NCBI GenBank assembly: GCA_021613535.1
Contig: CP075492.1
Span: 9,486,001-9,550,000 of the forward strand
DNA from: Adineta vaga
Taxonomy: Eukaryota; Animalia; Rotifera
Direction of reading: 5' to 3'
DNA: 64,000 bases
Every line of letters begins with the position of its first letter. Positions within the stretch are counted from its first letter, which is position 1. The notes beneath the pieces are model-generated. The model ran no database searches, was not told where the DNA came from, and worked only from the letters and a program-made list of their open reading frames with translations. Below are positions 15,440 through 34,648 of the stretch, one piece after another. The position numbers and the translations under genes are program-made.

Positions 15440-16257
15440 TTGACCTGATTAAGACATCAACGGATAGAAGAAGAAGAAAAAAAAGAAACAGAATAGAATA
15501 AGTATAACGATCAGTCAATGTTTTGGTTGGTGATAATAACTGCCAATGACATCAAACCTATTGACTGTCTTTGTCTTTAAGGGTAGTCAAGACATTCAGC
15601 CGTTGGCTTGACGTTCCATAATTTAATTTTAAATAGTAAATCGAATTAGATTCGATTTTTTTATTATTAATAAAAATATTGCTCACTATGTTTTCAGTTC
15701 ATATATCAGCGGACGAATAAATACTATCCGATCATGTGAAATTTTGGATAATAATATCGTTTAATTTATAGCTTTTCTTATTCAATAACGTAATGCCGTG
15801 CAAATATATGTGGAACCATTTCTTACTTTCAGTAAATCAAATCTCATTGAAATTTCATACAACTAATCAACATGTTCAATAATTTTTCTTCAATCGCTCA
15901 TGTATTCTGACATAATCGAACTATTTTCCAAATATTTGTAATATACATCTCTCAGATCAGATAATATTTTATTTCGATTGACTATTATGACGAGTAGATT
16001 CTATTTTCTTCATCACTATATATTAGATGTTATGGTGAAGAGAGATGGTTTGATCTTTCACGAAATTAGAACACTTTTTGTATTCAGTTATACATGAATT
16101 CATTTAAAAAATACATTATCCACTTATGCACTTCAATGAAACTTATTGTGACAAAAATCATTTTCTTTTCATAAATAATGTGAAAATCTCATCCAAAAAC
16201 TATCTATTCTTTCGGTTCTCTTACGTGCAGTAGGAAACGACAACTATCACCATGAGC

Positions 16258-16271
16258 GTTGTCTTAGCGAG
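16258..16271 (+). promoter_or_regulatory. RFX X-box-like site upstream of CFAP99
   Basis: GTTGTCTTAGCGAG, a near match to the X-box, about 170 nt before the ATG of a ciliary gene. Confidence 0.45.
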
Positions 16272-16435
16272 CTTACGAAGAATGGTAGGTATAGTTGATT
16301 CACAGAAATGAGTCAAATTCTTGTCAGTCAAACGTCGTCGCTGTCAACGTGATTCAGAATTCATTGCATTAACGATAATTTTACAAAAATTTCGTTTATT
16401 TCGATGGATCAATCTAGTTGAACACTGTTTACAGT

Positions 16436-18735
16436 ATGAGTATGGCTCAACGAAGTCAAGATGAATATAGTGAATTGTTCTATCATTCTGTACAAGTATT
16501 GAATGATTATGATGTTAAAATAACGGAAAAAACATTCTTGGACGAATATTTCCAATCACATCAAGTATTTTTCCTAAGAAATTTCTCTGCTAAATTATTA
16601 GACATTCTATTTTTGCAGGTATCAAATCAGTCATTTGTATCAATAGTATTGATTGATTGTACGCGTCATGGAACTTTACTTAACATTCTTCTAGAAACAT
16701 TCTGTAAAATTAATGAAATTCATCTACAAAATTCAGAAGAAAATATCTATCGAGGTTCTTTCTGATATAAAATTTTTCCATTATAATTTCTTTTCATTAC
16801 ATGTTTTAGTCCTTATCTATCTGATCTTTTTCCAACTCGATTCGATTGGATTTCAATTTTTTCGAGACATGATTATTGCAATAAATTTACCACAAGCATA
16901 TGAGGTAAGCTGATCATATAACGACGAAAAGACAAGAGTTTTATGAAGTGACATCGTGAATAAAAGATTATACCGATATGTACTATCTCTAATCATGTTT
17001 TTATCTAGTTGTTACATTTTCTCATCAACGAAACACATTTGTTAACAATCAAAACTGAATGTATCAAATTATATGAAGAAAAATATATTCAAGAACAAAT
17101 TATTCGAGTAATCCAAAGGTAACTAGAACAAATTCTCAATAGTATATACTTGATTATTGTGATTTTTCCTATGTAGATATCTTGTCGATTTACGTGATCT
17201 TACGAATAAAATCAAAGAACAAGTATCTACACGTCCATCATCCGAACGATCGATAAAATTCAAACCATTTAATCTAACTAAGCCAAAACCAGTACGATCA
17301 AATATGTTTATCCATATCTTTCATATATAATTTACAATTTTAGATTTCACAAGTGAATGAATGTCGACCAACATCGAAACAACAAACTAAATATGAAAAA
17401 CCTCAAAAAATTATTTCTCATCATCAAAGTTTACAAAATCTAAAGAAGAAACGAGCGACTTCTGTCGTAGAAAAATCTAAACCTAACGACGAAAAACAGA
17501 AAAATCTTCAAGTAAATCGTTTTCAAGCTAATCCGCCACCATCGAAATCTCAAGTCTATTTTGTTCGTTTCGTCTCAAATCTCTTTCTACAATATTTCTA
17601 ACTTTAATTCTAGACAAGTAAAATTCCAGTGAAACTAAACATTGCTACTGTACTTAAAGAACATCAATTTTATAAGAAACAAGAAGAAGATGTTTGTCGA
17701 CGTTTAAATGATCTTGAAGCTGGTGGTAAACATGCTCATGAATTTCTTCAATGGCAACAGTCAAAACGCAAACAAGATAATGAACAAGAACATCATGCTA
17801 TTGCACGAAAAAATTTAGAAAGCAAAATTAGTTATGAAGAAGCTATATTAGCTAAACAACGTGTGATAGATGAGAATCGACAAAAAGCTGATAAATTAAA
17901 ATGTCAAACACGTGAAATAATCGAAATTCATGTTCGAGAAAAACTTCACAAAGAACAAAAAATGAAGTAAATTGATTTATATGAGAAGAAAAGTCTTTCT
18001 TAATTTTAATATTTTTTCTAGACAACTTATTGAAGAAGTTGTAAATGGAAGAGATAATGCAAAATTAGCTCAACAGAAACTTCGACAATATAAAATAGAT
18101 TTTGTAAAACAATATAAAGATGATGTTAAACAACTAATGAAACAAACACTTGAAGAGGTATGTAGATTAATTCATACAAAGTTGGTTTTTATCCCATTAT
18201 CAAGAAACGGTTTTGCATCTTATTTATTCTTCTTTCTATAGGCTGAAATTGAAATGCGACAACGTAGTGAATTAATTCAACAAATTCGTGCTATTGAATC
18301 CATTCCAATTGATCGATCGAAACCTATTGATCATACATCTATAGTTGGACATGGTGTACATAATGAAATGTCATTAATTGAATTACATGAACGTCTTGAA
18401 CGTCTTAAATTAGAACGAGACAAAGAACGTGAAGCTCGACATGATCAAATAATTAAAGAAAAACAAACAAAAGAAAAATTATTAACAACTACAGCTCAAC
18501 GTATCGCGAAACATCGAAATGAATTGTCCACACAAACTGTTGTAAAGTATAATATGAGTTTATATTCAATATAGTCAAGTAAACAAAAAAAGAAAATGCG
18601 TATTCTATCTTTAGAAAGCATCGAGAAACCAGTGCTCCATCTATTCTTAATCGACAGAATTCTGAACTTGTTGAATTAAAAAATCATTTACAGACAAGAA
18701 AAACTCAACGTTTAACGAAAGAAATTCTTGTTTAA
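16436..18735 (+). CDS. CFAP99: Cilia- and flagella-associated protein 99 (multi-exon)
   Basis: KIPVKLNIATVLKE, LEAGGKHAHEFLQWQ, ISYEEAILAKQ and GHGVHNEMSLIELHERL match CFAP99 motifs. Confidence 0.8.
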
Positions 18736-18800
18736 ATAAATTTTATTTTTGTTCTTCATTGATTTTGTTGTATTAGAACTTAACATTTATTTTGTAGATT

Positions 18801-20757
18801 ATGGAAAGATTACGTCGTAAGTTTTTCAAATCAAAAATTAAATCTAGTCCAACGACATCAACAGCAAGTATAGTTAGACGACAAGATCAGCTATTGCCGA
18901 TGAAATGATGATTTTCTTTTAGATTTATATAGAAAACATAGCAATGATAATGAAAAAACGTATCTCGATACGAAAAATAGTGAAATTTCCAAAATTACTT
19001 CATATTTTGATCCTATTGCAGACGAATTACTTACGATTGCAAAAAAATCCGTGAGAAAAATCATTTTTTGATTAATATAAAAGAATATCTCATCATCTGT
19101 TCTTTAGTCTCATACGATTCGATTAGCAAATCTTCATGATGATCTTTTACATGTGAAAATGTTAATTACACAGAAATTTAAAGAAAATTCCAAAGAACTC
19201 TTCGATTCAAATAAACAAATTAATATGTTAAAACGACAAGTGAACAAACAATCGATCGATTCGGATCTTGATCCAGAAAGTTCATTGAACACAAGATATA
19301 ATCGATCATTTACAAGCGATCATAGCATGGCTGATGTGAGAATCATACTCACAACGTAAATAGACGCAGCTTGTGCGTGTAGATATCTAACAAACATTCT
19401 CATTAATTATACTAATAAAAACTTTCTATTGATAAAAAACAATCATCCGTATATTTCCATTTCTCTTTTCCTAGTCAACATCTCATCATTCATTATGGTC
19501 ACCAAATACTACAATATTAAGTTCTTCCTTAATAACACCTGTATTTCGTCGTCGTTTAGCTGAAACATCTGTTTCAGAAATGAATCATTCATCTGTTATA
19601 CAAGAACATTTTGTTTATCTTTATCAACAATTATGTTCAAATTGTTCGAAATGTTCATGTTATCAATCATTTATTCGAAATCAAATTGAATTAGAATATT
19701 TATCGATCTGTTCATACAATGAACAATTAAAAGGTGAAAATGATCTTTTACAACGTCTTCTTGCTGATTGTAAACATTCTTATGAACAACAATATGTATT
19801 ATTTAGTCAATATGAACAGTATCTTATTGAATATGAACAATGTATACAAATTCAATATGAACTTATTAAAGCTTTACAACAATATATTGATCGTTTTCAA
19901 CTATCATTCGATTCACGAAAACACATAGTAAATACTCATGACAATGATATCTATCTCAAATCAATGGAGCATACAACGAAAGAAACAATATGATGGAGGA
20001 AATAGGTAAGTTCTGTTCTGTTCTTTTTTCTGAGGAGGTCAAATGAGAATGAAGAATGAAAAAAAATTACTTCTACCACCTCTGGTGGGGATCGAACCCA
20101 CGATCTTTGGATTAGAAGTCCAACGCGTTAATCCGCTTCGCCACAGAGGCATAGCATTCTATGTCAATAAATTCAGTTCCAAAATGAAACAAAATTTAGA
20201 GCGAAGATTGAATTGAAAATAAGTTTTTCCATTTTAGTGAACTTCATCGTACGATCTCTTTATTACAAGAACAATCTCAACGATATTTATCACAATTACC
20301 AAAACGTGCTCAATTATTTTCATATACTCATGAACAATTTCATCCTCCACCGAATATTTCTGGTATTGTTGATATTGCTGATTTAGAAATTTCCATTTTA
20401 CTCGTTGATTTATTAACATTAAAACATGATAATAATGAATTACGTTGGACAAATGATCGTCTATTACGTGAAAAGAAAGTTTATAAAAGTAAAAGTTCTC
20501 TTTTAGAATTAACCAATAAATATTTCAATGAAAATAATGAAGATGATATTTTCACTGATGATTCAACGAATGAACTTATTCAACGTGAAAAAACTCTTCG
20601 TTTATATGTTTATCGTCTTTATGATCTATTACAAACAACAACAAAACAACTCGAAGATCGACAAACATATTATGAAACACTTATACATCAATTCAATGCA
20701 AGACATAGAGAATTAATTGATCATATTCGACAAAATGAACAAAGGAAAAAGAATTAA
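18801..20757 (+). CDS. MCC/USHBP1-like coiled-coil protein
   Basis: EQLKGENDLLQRLLADCK and DLEISILLVDLLTLKHDNNELR resemble MCC repeats. The frame is restored by a 55-nt intron (19928-19982) and a 23-nt exon (19983-20005). Confidence 0.65.
20077..20150 (-). tRNA. tRNA-Arg (anticodon TCT), intronless
   Basis: GCCTCTGTGGCGAAGCGGATTAACGCGTTGGACTTCTAATCCAAAGATCGTGGGTTCGATCCCCACCAGAGGTG forms a full cloverleaf with GTTCGA T-loop. A poly-T terminator follows at about 20059-20066. Confidence 0.96.
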
Positions 20758-21344
20758 ATCCATATGTTTTGTTTTAAAACTTTTTCCGTATCACATGTGA
20801 TAATCTTTCTTTTTTTTTTAGTATTTTGCACAACGTGAAATAAAACTAACTTAGATTTTTATTGTTGATTCTTCAAACATCATATAATAACTTTTCTTTT
20901 TCATTATCATAATACCCAAAGTACGCTCATAACCTTCGTGTTGTTCTATTTTACTGTTTTGATTATAAAAACAGAAGAAATGATAAGATAATAATAATGA
21001 CACATCAAACAAGGTGCCTCGCTCATTTTTTTCGTTATATTATTCAGTATGGTCACATACACTTGACCCTTCAGCAAAGCTCTGTTTGAATACATACACA
21101 TATAATCAGATAGTCACGGACAAATATATGGATAACGACGCAAAATGGACGATGGAGAGAATGTTTGACGATACACAATGTAGCGAAAAAGAAAAAGAAT
21201 ATGCAGAACGAAACGAAAACAGTCACACATAGCCTAATACGTTCTGTTCGTGGGTCACGACGACGAAAGGGAAAAACGTCATCTATTTGTTTTTGAAGTT
21301 GAGAAATGTTTTTCTTGCACAGTATATTGTCTATTCAGTAAAAT

Positions 21345-23528
21345 ATGGTATCTACTAATGACATACAAATGAATTCATCATATTCATCATTAATTACGGA
21401 TAATTATTGTAGATGTCATAATAATGATGAGGTAATGTTTTATATCTGTAATCATACGTATAAGTTCAATAGATCAATAACTTCTTCGAATTCTACTTTA
21501 TATATTATAGGCTGGATCAAACTTTACACCTACAAATACGCATCGTCATTCACAACGAGATGTTCATCTGTCCAATATCGCAATTTTTATGATATCGGTA
21601 TATTATACATAGAAACATATATATTAAAATAAACAGATTTTTGAACGTATTTATGTTTTATAGTTGAATAGAAATAATATTTGTCAAACACAAAAAATCT
21701 TCTCTGTTGATCTTCCATTATTATCTTATTCATTTATTGTACGATTAATCAATCGAGCATTTCATCTACATTCAAATTTTACTATTCAAACAAAAGATCA
21801 TTTCATAATTACGGATGATTTTGATCTTGATGGTTCGATGATGAAACAAATCGATGAACATCATCATCTGGAATTTATTGCTAATCAATATGATATTGAT
21901 GATTGGTGTATTATTGAAGATGATTTAAATGATAATTTTGATTTATTTGAAATTGATAGTAATTCTATTCTAGTAACTATTAAATCAATCTATCATCAAC
22001 CAGAAACTTTACTACGAAAAGCAACAAATTGGTTTCATGGTTCAGTTAATCTTTTATCAAGTAACTGTTTAACAAAAGATGAATTCTTTCAAATGTTAGA
22101 TCCAATTACTGGTCGTTTGTTAAATGAAGAGAATTTTCGACGACGTATCTATGAAAATGGTTGTGAACAGTCTATACGAAAGATTGTTTGGTGTTATTTA
22201 TTTCAAATATTTAATCAAACAATGACAAATGATGATAAAATTCAATATACAATCAAAGCAAAAGAACGCTATAATGAGTAAGTTATGCAATTGAGAATAG
22301 TTTTAGAATTTTTTCTAATTTTGAATTGTATCTTGTTTTTAGAATGAAACAAGCCTGGCAAAGTAAACAAGAATCAGAAATTCTTATGCTAGAAAATTTA
22401 ATAGAAAAGGATGTTACACGTACAGATAGTTCAGTGAAATTTTTTGATAATAAACAAAATTTATCTCGAGAAAAACTTCTAAATATTCTTATGACATATT
22501 GTGTTTATCATCCTGAACCTGGTTATGCTCAAGGTTAGTTCAAATATAAATGTGGATCTTATGTCGTTGTGTTTGTTATTTTTCTTGTTTTGCATATAGG
22601 TATGACAGATATGGCTGCACCAATTTTATATGTAATACGTGATGAAGCATTAGCCTATGCGTGTTTTTGTGCATTGATGCGTTATATGACTCCATTATTC
22701 CATTCGGATGGTATTGCAATGAATCGTCGTTTAGATTTATTAAGAAAAACTATTCAAGCAATCGATATGGAATTATGGAATAAAATTGAACAATGTGATA
22801 TTAGTTCGTAGAGTTTGTTTTTCATGTAGAAACTATTTGATTAGATTGTGATGTGAATTTTAGGTAATTTAATGTTTGCTTATCGTTGGTTATTATTAGA
22901 TTGTAAACGTGAATTTCCATTTAAAGATATATTTCGTGTTTTTGAAACATTATGGGCATCATTACCAATTGATCGATTTGAATTAAATAATAATTCTTGT
23001 TCCGATATCGATGATTTATGTCCATCATCGATTTGTTCACATCGTTATCCATCAATAATGTCATCAATAACAAATACAATTCTTTCATCACATTCTTGTT
23101 CATCAATTCCTGATGAAATACAATCAGAACATTCAAGTATTGATGGCGGTGATTCTGGTTATCGTGATGAACAAATTGCTACTCTTTGTGATTTACATTC
23201 GAATTATTCTCTAAAAGAAAATATCACCATTGCATCGTGTATACCTTTAGAAAAATGGTTAACAAATTTTTCTCAAATTGATAATGAAAGTGATTATTCC
23301 AATATGTTTACAATCTTTCTTTGTATTGCTTTACTTGAACAAAATCGTTTATCAATTATGCAAGTATCAACAGTTAATCTTGATAATGATGATCATATTG
23401 GATTTTATTTTACACGTCTTGTTCGACAAAATGATGCTAAACAAGCATTAAAATTAGCACGACATTATCATAAACAATATGTCGTTTTTCAAATGAGAAT
23501 TAAACAATTATTATCAATCAATAAGTGA
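21345..23528 (+). CDS. TBC1D25: TBC-domain Rab-GAP, TBC1D25/OATL1-like
   Basis: R-finger IEKDVTRTD, Q-finger YAQGMTD, FAYRWLLLDCKREF, N-terminal FSVD..LINRAF, and LIR-like DDWCII. Confidence 0.8.
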
Positions 23529-24144
23529 TAATTTTCTTATTTTACTTCTCTAATCTTTCAATATTGATTATCTTCAGTCAGCCATAACAAATCTTCATAT
23601 TCGACGGTGATTATATTCTATCAATATCATTCTTGCCTTCTGTTTACTTTTAGATGTAATTCTCTCTCTCTCTCTTTCTTTTTTTCTGTTCTTGATTGAC
23701 ATAGGATAATTTGTATTGAAATTATGTTCTTCTTCTTTTTTTTTCGTTCTTTTAATGTTAAACATTGAATGAATAAGAATAGTTCAATAAATAAAGAAAT
23801 CAAGTTCTTCTGTAGATGAACAATATCTGTCTGTGAATGATAAATTCCTTTTTTGTTGTGTTTTTGTATGTTATCAAACGTGTTCGTTGATTGGTTAATT
23901 GAGTTTACCAGTTAAAATCATTCTCTTTCTTAACCTCCTCTAAAAAACAATGAATTAAAATTGAAAAATAAAATCTTAAAATGCAAATTAATAATCAATG
24001 AATTATTTTTTCGACAAAAAATAATTTCTTTTTTTTCATACGAAAAAATAAACAAACAACTAGAGGTCAACACAACGAATCATTTCAATATGTTTCAGAT
24101 GGATTAATTCATTTCTATTCTATTCGATTCACATCATTAGAATA

Positions 24145-25784
<1,640 letters not shown>

Positions 25785-25871
25785 ACAAAAATGTTTTTCT
25801 TTTTTTTCTCAATTGTTATGTTCGCTTTTAGTCTTGTATATTTATTTGTTCATTTTATTTATCATAAATAT

Positions 25872-25910
25872 TGTGTGTGTCTGCGTGTGTGTGTATATAT
25901 ATATATATAT
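25872..25910. repeat. (TG)n/(TA)n microsatellite between Smad A and RPL36A
   Basis: tgtgtgtgtctgcgtgtgtgtgtatatatatatatatat. Confidence 0.8.
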
Positions 25911-25975
25911 CTACAACTACCTATATACATGTTTGTTTAAACGTTTAATGAATATTTCTAGATCGAATTAAAATC

Positions 25976-26296
25976 ATGGTCAACGTTCCAAAAACTCGTC
26001 GTACATTTTGCAAAGGAAAAAATTGCAAAAAACATACTTTACATAAAGTATCACAATATAAGAAAGGCAAAGATAGTGTTCATGCTCAAGGTAAACGTCG
26101 TTACGATATGAAACAAAAAGGTTATGGTGGTCAAAAGAAACCTGTGTTTCATAAAAAAGCTAAAACAACAAAGAAAATTGTCTTACGTATGGAATGTACC
26201 GAATGTAAATTTAAGAAACAATTAGCTATCAAACGCACCAAACATTTCGAATTAGGTGCAGAGAAAAAGAAGAAAAATCAAGTTATCAGTTATTAA
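25976..26296 (+). CDS. RPL36A: 60S ribosomal protein L36a/L44 (eL42), intronless CDS
   Basis: [13 protein letters not shown]...[37 protein letters not shown] is a near-canonical eL42. Confidence 0.98.
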   Translation: MVNVPKTRRTFCKGKNCKKHTLHKVSQYKKGKDSVHAQGKRRYDMKQKGYGGQKKPVFHKKAKTTKKIVLRMECTECKFKKQLAIKRTKHFELGAEKKKKNQVISY

Positions 26297-27803
26297 ACAA
26301 ATTCAACGACAAACAAACAATTATTTTACCATCCAAATTTTGTTTTGCTTTTGTTTGTTGGAATAGAAAAAATTTGTTTATTTTTATTTCTGTTATCACG
26401 AATTGACAACATCACAATTCGTTCAATGAAACACAAAAAAAAACAATAAAATATAATTCCGATATTTGTTTGTTTTTTTTTCTAGATTTTATCGCATAAT
26501 ATTAGTGAGATGTGTTGGCGTTTTTTTGATTCGTTCGTAAACAATAGATGAAAATAAGTCTGTCTCGACAGGAGTGGGTAGCGAGTGTACCTATTAATCA
26601 CATCAAGTAAGAACATTTTTCATAATCTATTGTTCTGATTTGGTGATTTTGTTATGTATATAAGAAAACAAATAGTTACCTTAATGTAGGATGAAATTTC
26701 TTCGAATTTACATTTGATAACAATAATTAACATGCCATTATATTTTTTTCATTAAGCTGCGTCTATGAGCATTTCTTGCTTCTTTTAAAATAAGCTTCTT
26801 TTTCTCTTCTGATGAAATAGAAAAACAAGATCGACAACAGGTTATATTTAGAAGAAGAAAAAGAATGATAGCTTTTCTTACCATCACTTGATAAATATTA
26901 AATATGCATGAATTCTTTCTTAGAAGAAGCATATTCCGCGAAATGATAGACGAGTTTTGATTTATCATTGTCAATTAGCAATAGACTATGAAAATTGTTA
27001 GTACAAGATGTTTCTCTTCACTTCTTTAAGTAGATATGAGAACTAAGCTGTACTTCTTTTCTTTTCTTTTCAGAAGACAATCCCACAGGCATGACATTGA
27101 CTATAAAAGACCAATGAATGACTACATGAGAAAAAACACGACGTTGTAGTCATCTCTCGTCGAGAATTTTCCTTTTTTCTATAAATAGACAAATATTTAG
27201 TGACATTCTTACAGCACATATCTACACTTTATAAATTTTAAGGTCGTTGCATACTGGTTCATAGGATAGCTGTTTTTATTTTTTTTATCTAAAGAATCTC
27301 TTAGATTAAATAACATCCGGAAGAATAAACTGTTTCAATGTACTAGTCTAATCAAATCTTTAAAAAGAACGAAATGTCGATGGTAATATAAGAAGTAGAA
27401 AACGGTAATTATATCGAGATTTCATTGAAAAAAGAAAAAGAAAGAAAGATAATTAGTAAAAATATATGTCATAGTAGTATTTTGATGAGTTGTTCTATAT
27501 GCATGTGTGTGTGTGTTACAACCTTTCAAAAAGATATTTTTTTTGTCGAATAGGAAAAATCTTCCTTTTCTTTATAATGATGTTTTTTTCTTCGAGCTTT
27601 ACGATAAATAAAGTTCCTTCATCTAGAAGAGAAAAAAAAGAGCGTCAAAGTCATTTTAGCTACTTCCATCATGAGAAGATTTCATGATAAACTATTATTA
27701 TACTTGAAGAGTAATTAATATATTATATGAACGTCATATTTTAGATTTTTCCATGTCTTAAATCAAGTGAATTGCTTACTGATTGATAGCAATTAAATTT
27801 CAA

Positions 27804-29669
<1,866 letters not shown>

Positions 29670-29881
29670 CAAGTTTCTTACGTTCTTTCTAATAGACTCT
29701 CGAACAACCGGTTTTTATTTTGTCAATTTTCTGTATTGTTTCTTTTTCTGTAAATACGCAATCTTATTCTAATTATTATTCGTAAAAAAAAGCACGATAT
29801 CTACTTAAATATAATTATTTTTGTGATGGTGTTTAATTCTTTCTAGAAAGAAACAAATTACAAAGAAACAAAACTAACAAC

Positions 29882-30329
29882 ATGTCATCAGGATTCAAAG
29901 TTGAAACAATTTCTCCAGGAAATGGTTTGTAATTGAGTTAAATCTATTAATAAAGTTTTTTGTTTTGTTATTGTGTACCTAGGTGATCATCCAAAATCAG
30001 GTCAACGCGTTACTGTTCATTATACAGGTACCTTGACAAATGGAAAAAAATTCGATTCATCACGTGACCGTAATAAACCATTTCAATTTACTCTTGGCAA
30101 AGGAGAAGTCATTAAAGTAAAGAACGAAATTATGTTCATCGAATTGATTTATCATTTTGATACTATTTCATAGGGTTGGGATCAAGGTGTTGCTCAGATG
30201 TCAAAAGGTGAACGTGCAACCATTACATGTCCACCTGATTATGCTTATGGCAAGGAAGGTGTTGGCAATGGTTTGATTCCAGGCAATTCGACATTACTCT
30301 TTGATGTTGAATTAATTGATTTCAAATAA
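29882..30329 (+). CDS. FKBP1A: FKBP12-type peptidyl-prolyl isomerase (3 exons)
   Basis: [49 protein letters not shown]|[15 protein letters not shown]...[14 protein letters not shown]. Confidence 0.96.
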
Positions 30330-31007
30330 ATGATAACCATCTTGCTCAATGAAAATCAAGCAAAAAACAGACATTTCGATGTAGTGAAAGTTTTCAAAAC
30401 TCCTTTTTCGCTTTTCTTTTTCCTTTATCCTAGCTCTAACTTACTCTTTTTATGTCTTTGCTCAATGATAGCAGATGATAGTTTAAATGCATCGTGTTTA
30501 TTATGACAACATAAAATAAAAACACAGTATTTCAACGAAAAATAAAAGATACATTTTTTTGTTATTTTGAAGCAAGACAACATTCAATGGATAAAAACTT
30601 TACTAATTGTATGAGAATATTTCTTTTCAATCGTTTGAGAAAAGGAATGATTCAAATCTGCCTAGTATTTTAATCACGTATATAATGACTATAACTGTTC
30701 AAATGATTTTTTTAAATATTTAAAAATAGTCTAACGAATTGAATTCAGTTATGGATAAGGGTTTATATTTGAAAAAGTTAAACTTAAGAATGTCAGTTAT
30801 TGTCCTTTGCAATATTTGCACTTGAAGACATCGTCAATTGGTTCATTCATATTTTCAGACAAACCCTGGATAGATATGTATGTATGTGTGAAAAGGACGA
30901 AAAGAAAAATGTATCCTATTATCTATTCGATGTTTTCAAATCATTTCCATCTATTTCTCTTCATATATACGCATACACATGTATTCTTAACGATATAGTA
31001 TTCTATC

Positions 31008-31893
31008 ATGCAAAATTACCAAACTTATCCATTATCTCCAATGAGTAATGGTCAACTTCTTATCGTTGATAATAAACAAACATTTCCTCGTTTTACTTCG
31101 AATGATTCCGGTATTAGTTTTGACGACAATGATGAAATAGAAAGTATCTTTTCCGATGAATATGATTTTGAAACTGATCAAAATTCTTCTATCACAATTA
31201 CAAATGATGGTAAGATAGAAATGATATATCTTACTTTTTCATTTCTTTTCTTTTTCATAGCTCATTTAGCATCAAGTATTCGTGATGATGATAAAAAATT
31301 CTTTTGTGAAAATACTGCTTGGGCTTGGCATGGCGAATTTGGTCGATTAATCATGGCACCAGCTATGACCTTTAACATTGACTATCGTCTTATGCTTTAC
31401 GATGCCCGTTCATTGTGTCCTCGTGCATTAAATGCACATTATTCTATGGTACGATCAGATAATGCAAAAGCACAATTTAAATGTGAAACATGTGGACATT
31501 GTTGGACATCAATGAGAGCTCGTTGTTCATTTCATATATCTAAACCACATGAGGGTGGAATGATTCTTTTAAAACTCTTTACACAACAATGTCAATTCTG
31601 TTATTCAACAGTTTATCCACTGTGGTATTATGGTAAGGATTAAACTTTGAAAATGATTTTTGTAGACAAAGTTATTTACATTGTTTTATTTAGATGAAAT
31701 ATGTCGAGTAATGAAAAATTTAGCATTTACAATTTTTCAACATTTCATTCCGCAATCCATTCAACCCATTACTTGGGAGTTAACACATAATGGTCTTAAA
31801 CCAGTGAAACGTTTATTACAACGAAGAGGTACTATGCATGGTCAACATAATTCATTCTTATGCGAAGCATGTTATTTCGGTTTTTGTTATTAA
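31008..31893 (+). CDS. zf-3CxxC zinc-finger protein (RTP/ZAR1-type domain)
   Basis: FKCETCGHCWTS, LFTQQCQFC and HNSFLCEACYFGFC give three CxxC motifs plus His. Introns at about 31209-31260 and 31633-31692. Confidence 0.8.
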
Positions 31894-32569
31894 TGAAAAT
31901 ATTTGTACAAAGTTCACGTAGATCTAGTTTTGATATTCAACTTTATTTCTTGTGTTCTCAATATCCCGTGTGTATGATAGTTGTTTTTCCTTTTTTTTCT
32001 CTCTCTCTCTTTTCGACTTTATCTGTATACATATTTATTTATTTTTTTATATACTCTCTGTATTATTTACTTCTCTTCCTATATCGATATTCATGATGAT
32101 GAAATATATTTATATACTAAATGAAGTATAGAAATTTGATAATCGAACTATTTTCATATGAAATGAAGTGCAAAAAAACTATTGATATTGAGTATATATT
32201 CAATCAATCTACTTTCGTCATTATGGCATAACTTGTTCATCTAAATCTCTCTCATGAATTTTCGTATTATTCGATGTTTAAATCTGATTACTTTTGAATC
32301 GTATGTTTGACATTCGATAGACACAATTGATGTACAAAAGATTCTATTCTGTATTAATTTGAATTGATATTTACTCGATGTCGTTTTCGATGTATTCGTT
32401 TTTCTTTCTGTCACGACTACTGACATCTTATTGAATTGAACGAATTCGAAATGAATGAACCAATCAAGATCATTGTAAATGTTTGCCATTGTCTAATACA
32501 TTGTTTTCGTCCATTGACTAACACTCTCGTTGTGTATAGATCGATCATTCAACTAAATAAAATAGAAAG

Positions 32570-34460
<1,891 letters not shown>

Positions 34461-34648
34461 TCAGATCTTAAAATTCCAATGATTTTCTTTTCTATGCATG
34501 TTTATTAAATTCGTAATCATTCCAGACACTCATGTAATTAGATCTAAATTCTGTTTTTGTTCATTGACTTTCTGTTTTATGTAAACCATTATGTGCAATC
34601 TCATTCTTTCTTTAAAATTCTCTTCTTTAAAAATACATAAAATACAAT

